Below are positions 57,561 through 64,000 of a stretch of 64,000 bases of DNA, one piece after another; the first letter of the stretch is position 1, and every line of letters starts with the position of its first letter. The notes beneath the pieces are model-generated. The model made no database searches, was not told the origin of the DNA, and was given only the letters and a program-made list of their open reading frames with translations. The position numbers were made by a program, and so were the translations under genes. Source of the DNA: Octopus sinensis (taxonomy: Eukaryota); assembly GCF_006345805.1 (NCBI RefSeq), contig NC_043001.1, forward strand, positions 72,664,001 to 72,728,000, written 5' to 3'.

Positions 57561-58744
57561 TGGTTTAGTAGGGTAGTGCTGTACTTGTATCCTGATTTAA
57601 TAGTCGTTGTACTTTGACGTTGTAGTTCCAGCATACATGTGTGTGAGTGGGGGGTGTACGCATGCGCGTACGTGCGTGCGTGTATGAGTGTGGGAGTGTG
57701 CGCGCGCGTGTGTGTTTGTGAGTGTGTGTGTCTGTGTGTGTAATGTGGTTTACACTTACGTTTTACGAAAGGTGCCAGCTGCTGGCAGTGCTGTTGTCAC
57801 TTACCCTGTCAATAAATTGTCCACTGGTTTTGCGTCTTCGAAGATGTGAGAAAAACAGGCACCGGGTACCGACAGGAAAAGCATCTAACTATAAAAAAAT
57901 ATCTCGATGATATATTTACCTAAGCCATGCTAGCATAAAAAACAAGCAGACGTAAAAAGGGAACGAAGAAATTCTAAACTTTATGAAGTTTTTTTTTTTT
58001 GTTTTTCTTTTTTCTGCAGACACTTGGTAACACCACGATGCCAAATTTTGTCCATTTTCAAGAGAAGTCGCCACTAGTTACTTTTGAAGTCTTCTTTGAA
58101 TCTTCAGATGTCAGTTTATTTGGAAAGACGCAATGCAGTTATAAATAAGAATTAAAATTAATGCATGCAAGGTTTCACAGCTCTAGCGTCACTCCTTCAT
58201 AGTCAACCTATTAACTTTTCAGCTCTCCCTCATATGACCATTTATTTAGGACGAGAAATTGCGACATAAAATTAAACAGAAGTGTCGGAAGAATCTGGCA
58301 GCTGTTGTTATTTAGCTCCAGACCAACTGAAAGTGTCCCAGCTGTGACGATCCAGTATTTTTCCTATGTGCAGCGAACTCAGAATAATATTATAAAATAC
58401 AATGAGTGCTTTCTTAGGACGGTAGTGTAAGAATATCCCTATATCGGCAAAGTCTGTTTAATAATGTTCATAAGTCGAACAATTTTCCAGGCTATTAAAC
58501 CCATCTTTATGTGACATGTATTTACGATGTTTATGTCAAGACTAGCGTGCGACACATCAACAATCCCGAGATGATTTAGTTCCGTCTCTTTTCCGTTCAT
58601 TCTTAATTGTCCTCTTTCAAATTTTGCTCCATTTTCATTTTTCTCGGCTTGTCTGTTGCCTGTCTCGCTTTAAAATCTTTTCTCTCTTTCCATTTCTCTT
58701 TCTCTCTCTTTCTCTCTCACTCACTCACACACGCAATACCCCGC

Positions 58745-58834
<90 letters not shown>

Positions 58835-59153
58835 GTCTGTCTGTCTGTCCGTCCGTCTATCTCTATCTACCTGCTTGTCTGTCTATCTATCTGCCCCCCT
58901 CTCTCTTTTTCTCTCTCTCTCTCTCTCTATTTATCTATCTATCGATCGATCTCAACTACCTTTATCATAATCATATCTTTCTATCTCAAACATCTATCTA
59001 CACAGTCACTACTTTCTCTCAACACATTCCTATAGAATTACAAACAGAAAAGAAAACAAAAGACAACAACATTATGAGTGACATTTGACGAAAAATGAAT
59101 TTTAAACGAAAACAGATGAAGATATATTTTTATGTTAAAATATATGTACCAAA

Positions 59154-59545
59154 GGCGGTGACTGGCAAAAACGTTAGCACGCCGGGCGAAATGCTAAACT
59201 GTATTTCGTCTGCCGTTACGTTCTGAGTTCAAATTCCGCCGAGGTCGACTTTGCCTTTCATCCTTTCGGGGTCGATGAAATAAGTACCAGTTACGCACTG
59301 GGGTCGATATAATCAACTTAATCCGTTTGTCTGTCCTTGTTTATCCTCTCTGTGTTTATCCCCTTGTAGGTAGTAAAGAAATACGTACTTCATCTGTCTT
59401 TATGTTCTGAGTTTAAATTCCGCCAAGGTCGACTTTGCCTTTCATCCTTTCGGGGTCGATAAATTAATTACCAGTTGTGTACTGGGGTCGATCTAATCGA
59501 CTGGCCTCCTCCACAAAAATTTCGGGCTTTGTGCCTAGAGTAGAA
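59154..59545 (+). mobile_element. Tandem/nested pair of family A SINEs
   Basis: Complete unit 59154-59383, then a headless, more diverged unit 59384-59545 with a different tail. Confidence 0.88.
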
Positions 59546-59565
59546 GAGAAAATATATGTACCATT

Positions 59566-59890
59566 GTGAGGGCGCGTGACTTTAGTGACTAGGGTATTCG
59601 GCTTACGATCGTATGGTCGTGAGATCGATTCCTGACAGTATGCTGTGTCTTTGTACAAGACACTTTATTTCACGTTATTCCAGTCCACTCAGCTGGCACA
59701 AATGTGTAGTACCTATATTTCAAAAGGCCAGCCTTCTGACATGCTGTGTCATACTGAATCTCCCAGGGAACTATGTTATGGGTATGCGTGTCTATTGAGT
59801 GCTCAGCTACTTGTCCATTAATTTCATAAGCAGGCTGTTCCATTAATCGGATCAACTGGATCCTTCGTCGTCGTAACCGACGAAGTGCCA
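59566..59890 (+). mobile_element. Family C-related SINE
   Basis: tRNA-like head plus TTTCACGTT..CCAGTCCACTCAGCTGGCA shared with the copy at 5797. Confidence 0.75.
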
Positions 59891-60421
59891 GAAATATCTA
59901 CCATTAAAAACAAACCAAAGTACATTCCTATTCCTTCCTGACATTTACCGACAATATGACCTAGGGCACTCTGGTACCTAGTTTATGACCAATAAAATCT
60001 ACCTCAGTATTATACCAGGACTGATGCTATTTCTGCATTATCAAGGGAAGGAAAATAGAAGAAACCCTGCCGACCGCGGCAGGATTTGAACAAAATGATC
60101 CGGAACAAATACCGAATAAAAATTTTGCCCGACGCCCTAACATTACTGCCACAGAAAACAATCGGTATTTGTAGCACTTTAACTGCATGAGGAGCGCCAG
60201 ATTTTTTCAACTGTGAACTTGTATTGTGTCACACTGATATCACGCCACTCTCACCTTGAGATTTTACGACGACACAAGCCTACTTCATTCACTTGTCAAC
60301 GAATTGCATGGTTTTTATAGATATACACGTCGCAGGGATGTGTGTGAGTGTATGTGCGCACGCGCGAGCGTGTGTGCGTGTTTTTGTGTATGCATATATG
60401 TATACTTCGTTTTTGTATCTA

Positions 60422-61091
60422 TTGGGTTGGCAATTAAATTCCCGCCGTTTTTTAAAATTAAAATATTTAAAAAGGTTTTATAAAAAACAACAACTAATTA
60501 ATCAATAATGTATTCACCCTCGTTGTTTACAACTTCTTCCCAACAGGGCGGGCGTTTTCATGCAGCAGAAGAACTCCATGCGGATCTCATGCTCCATACT
60601 TCTGAACCTTTCCCATCGAGTGAAGATGCTTCTCTATAGTAGTGTGGGAGCATTCCCTTGTCGTTTGACGAGAATTTCCGTGCAAAAGTTGGTTTAATAG
60701 CTCTTCATCGAACTCAACTGGACGGCCAGAACGATGTGCGTCTTTGAGGTCAAAATTTCCGTTTTTGAATTTGGCATACCAATCACAAGCGGTTCTTTCA
60801 GCTATGGCACCCTCTCCATACACAGCACAAATGTCGCGAGCAGCATTTGCGGCCTGTGAACCTTGATTAAGAGCAAAAAGAGGGAGGTGTCGAAAAATGC
60901 TCGTTTTTCTTAACTTGACATTCCATTTTAATGATCTGAAAATAAACAAAAATTAACTAAAATTAACTAGAAAAAAATAGATTCCAAAATGATTCAAAAA
61001 TAGAATTCTCGAAAAACATAGATTCCAAAATTTAAAAACGCAATAAATTCCAAACTTAAAAAAAACGGCGGGAACTTAGTTGCCCACCCAA
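60422..61091 (-). mobile_element. Internally deleted mariner (Hsmar1/SETMAR-like HTH retained)
   Basis: TIRs TTGGGTTGGCAATTAAATTCCCGCCGTTTTT / AAAAACGGCGGGAACTTAGTTGCCCACCCAA; AARDICAVYGEGAI..WYAKFKNGNFDLKDAHRSGRP, LLHENAR and WEEVVNNEGEYI. Confidence 0.93.
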
Positions 61092-61135
61092 TTAGTTTGC
61101 AAGATTCTTTATGTGAATTCGTGTGCTGAAACAAA

Positions 61136-61410
61136 TTTTCTTGTGTCTGGGGAAAGTCATAGTGCCTTGATATAACACACTCACCGGTTCAATTTCCACT
61201 CATTTATTTATTTATTCCAGAAAGCTTTTTCGTCGCAGCATTTGTGACCGTATCAGTGGATTTTGACTCGGTCCGTTATTGAAGCTGCGTTCCTTTTTGT
61301 TTTTGCGAAAGAAAAAACGAAAGCGTTATTTCTTTCGTGAGATTTTGATGCGAAATTTTGTTGTGCGTGTGTGTGTATGTGCAGGCGCCATGTGTATGTA
61401 TGTATGTATG

Positions 61411-61444
<34 letters not shown>

Positions 61445-61612
61445 TGTACAAAAGGAACGCAGCTTCAACAATGGACAAAGTCAAAATCCATTGATGCGGT
61501 TGCAAATGTAGCGACGAAAAAGCTTTCTGGAATAAATAAATAAATGAATGGAAATTGAACCCGTGAGTGTGTTATATTGAGGCACTATGACTCTCCACAG
61601 ACTCAGCAAAAC
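61136..61612. repeat. ~165-bp inverted repeat pair around (TATG)n, arms with hammerhead-like fold
   Basis: 61136-61300 is the reverse complement of 61447-61612. Confidence 0.92.
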
Positions 61613-61619
61613 ATTATAA

Positions 61620-61761
<142 letters not shown>

Positions 61762-61764
61762 ATA

Positions 61765-62048
61765 GGCGCAGGAGTGGCTGTGTGGTAAGTAGCTTGCTAA
61801 CCAACCACATGGTTCCGGGTTCAGTCCCACTGCGTGGCACCTTGGGCAAGTGTCTTCTGCTATAGCCCCGGGCCGACCAATGCCTTGTGAGTGGATTTGT
61901 CCCCCTAGCATTGCTTGACAACCGATGCTGGTGTGCTTATGTCCCCGTTACTTGGCGGTTCGGCAAAAGAGACCGATAGAATAAGTACTAAAGGCGGTGC
62001 CCCAGCATGGCCGCAGTCAAATGACTGAAACAAGTAAAAGAGTAAAAG
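61765..62048 (+). mobile_element. Family B SINE, internally deleted, inserted in (TA)n
   Basis: Matches 21017-21436 with two deletions. Confidence 0.9.
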
Positions 62049-62076
62049 AGAGAGAGTATATATATATATATATATA

Positions 62077-62680
62077 CCGATTCCTATATGCCACTCATAT
62101 CTGAACTCGGCCTGCTTAGGAGGTTGTTATGTCCTAGCATATGTGCTGCTTCTTTTAGTTTTCGAATTTTCCAGTGGTGTTCTCTGTCTATTATTTTAAC
62201 TTCATCCTACAGGGAGAGGTGGTCTCCATTTTTCCATACATGATCAGCTATACTCGATTTGTCAATGTCTCCTCGTGTCACAGCTTTGCTATGTTCGTCT
62301 ACCCTTATTTTGAAGGGACGGCATGTTTCGTCTTTGTATAACCTACCACAGCTGCATGGGATGGAGTACACGCAGTCTTTGGTGATATTCTCTTCTATTG
62401 GTGGTTTTACTCGAAGAAGATATTTGCGAAGTGTTGTATTACTCTTGAACACTGTCCTGATGTTATACGGGCCGCATATCTTTTGTATCTTTTCGGAGAG
62501 GCCTTTCACATAGGATAGATAGACTGTGAACAGTTTATTGGTTTCATTCTCTCTCTTCTTCATAATTGAAGCGGATAGTATACTTTGGGGGTAGTTGTTG
62601 CTTAATAGATTATTATTGAGCTTGATTATTTCTTCGTGGTGTGTATCTGGATCGCTACTTATATTCGAAAAATACCTTAG
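62077..62680 (-). mobile_element. Penelope-like element C-terminus (GIY-YIG endonuclease)
   Basis: LSYVKGLSEKI, CVYSIPCSCGRLYKDETCRPFKIRVDEH, SSIADHVW and RKLKEAAH motifs. Confidence 0.9.
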
Positions 62681-63204
62681 AATCAGGACCCAGGTTCGAA
62701 ATTTCCCCAAGACATCTGATAAAGGCTGGAGGGTGTAGATCATGTCATATTTTGGTGGAAGACATCGCACATGTGTTTAGCATGTCCCCCAAAGTATCAT
62801 CAAAATATTACCTCCCTATGTGACACGACGTTGTCGCAAAAACAATATACTGTGCCATTCAGAAAAAAAGACTGTCCTGGAATAAATATAGAGAATCTTT
62901 CCTGGTACTGAATACATGCACAAACATCAACTCAAAGAATACTGAAGGAACATTCTTACCAAAACATCTGTCAAGCATAAATGTGACAAGAGTTTTCAGA
63001 AAAAGAAGTCAACAAACCAACTCTCACGTTACAAATACAATCTGTAATTGGAACAGTAAAAATATGAAAGACTTTTTACAAGTTTAAGATGTGACATTGT
63101 TTTTCGTAATCTACTTTCCGACGATGGAGTTTTGTATCTTTGTTAGAAACCAGCTCCTTCCTCAGAGAAAGAATTTAAATAATTACGAACAGAAGAGACC
63201 ATAC

Positions 63205-63233
63205 ATGCATACATACATACATACATACATACA

Positions 63234-63264
<31 letters not shown>

Positions 63265-63482
63265 GTGTGTGTATTATATACATGCCTATATATATGTAAA
63301 TGCATGTGTATGTATATATATATATATATATACATACATATACGTACTTACATATACACACACACATATGTGTGTATGTATGTATGTATGTATACGTACA
63401 TATATAATTACACGCACGCATATATAGAGAGAGACAGGCAAGTACATTGACAGATAGACAGAACGACGGACAGACAGATAGC

Positions 63483-63566
<84 letters not shown>

Positions 63567-63889
63567 AGAGTTGCGTAGTTCACTAACAAGTGATATGGTA
63601 CAAACTCGTGTTGTATTAAGTCTCAAGGTCAAAGTATGATGGCGTGATATTAGTGACAAGTGAAAGAGAAAGAGCGATAGAGAGAGAGAGAGAGAGAGAA
63701 GAAAAAGAGAGAGGCGAGAGAGAGAAAGAAAGACAGTAGGATACAGAGAGGTAGATGGAGAGTGTGGAGGGGAAGTGAGATAACACTCATAATAAGCCTG
63801 GCTCTGCCGTCAGATTCAGGATGAAGGACAGAACATAAGTTCATATAGATTGTAGTGTTTTATCAAATATGTGTAATTGTGAGTGCATG

Positions 63890-63965
<76 letters not shown>
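63205..63965. repeat. (CATA)n, (GATA)n, (GA)n, (TG)n microsatellites
   Basis: Direct reading. Confidence 0.92.
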
Positions 63966-63967
<2 letters not shown>

Positions 63968-64000
63968 CTATGCATGTATCTATGTATTTATGAATGTATC

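Noticed and set aside
60587-60949. SETMAR-like host gene
   Set aside because: Bounded by mariner TIRs, catalytic domain deleted, no SET domain

Overview
This is AT-rich, microsatellite-saturated eukaryotic DNA. The repeat families resemble those I recall from cephalopod (Octopus-like) genomes; that assignment is an inference. No intact host protein-coding gene is supportable, and most ORF-track entries are translations of simple repeats. The window is mostly decayed transposable elements: R4/Dong-type (RLE) LINEs sitting in (TAA)n tracts, two L1/Tx1-clade LINEs, RTE-clade LINEs, Penelope-like (PLE) RT and GIY-YIG relics, two internally deleted mariners, a Tigger/pogo derivative, a probable Helitron end and at least three tRNA-derived SINE families. 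The most interesting signal is a set of unrelated non-coding elements arranged as inverted arm pairs next to (TA)n/(TATG)n tracts. Two of these pairs carry minimal type-I hammerhead ribozyme folds with palindromic stem III (23899-24378 and 61136-61612), as expected for PLE pseudo-LTRs or retrozyme-like non-autonomous elements. Other notable observations: a young twin-primed R4/Dong insertion, a SINE whose tail matches the Tx1 3' end, a PHD-like finger inside an RTE reverse transcriptase, and a CpG-depleted domain (~20-33 kb) that may mark a hidden methylated gene body.
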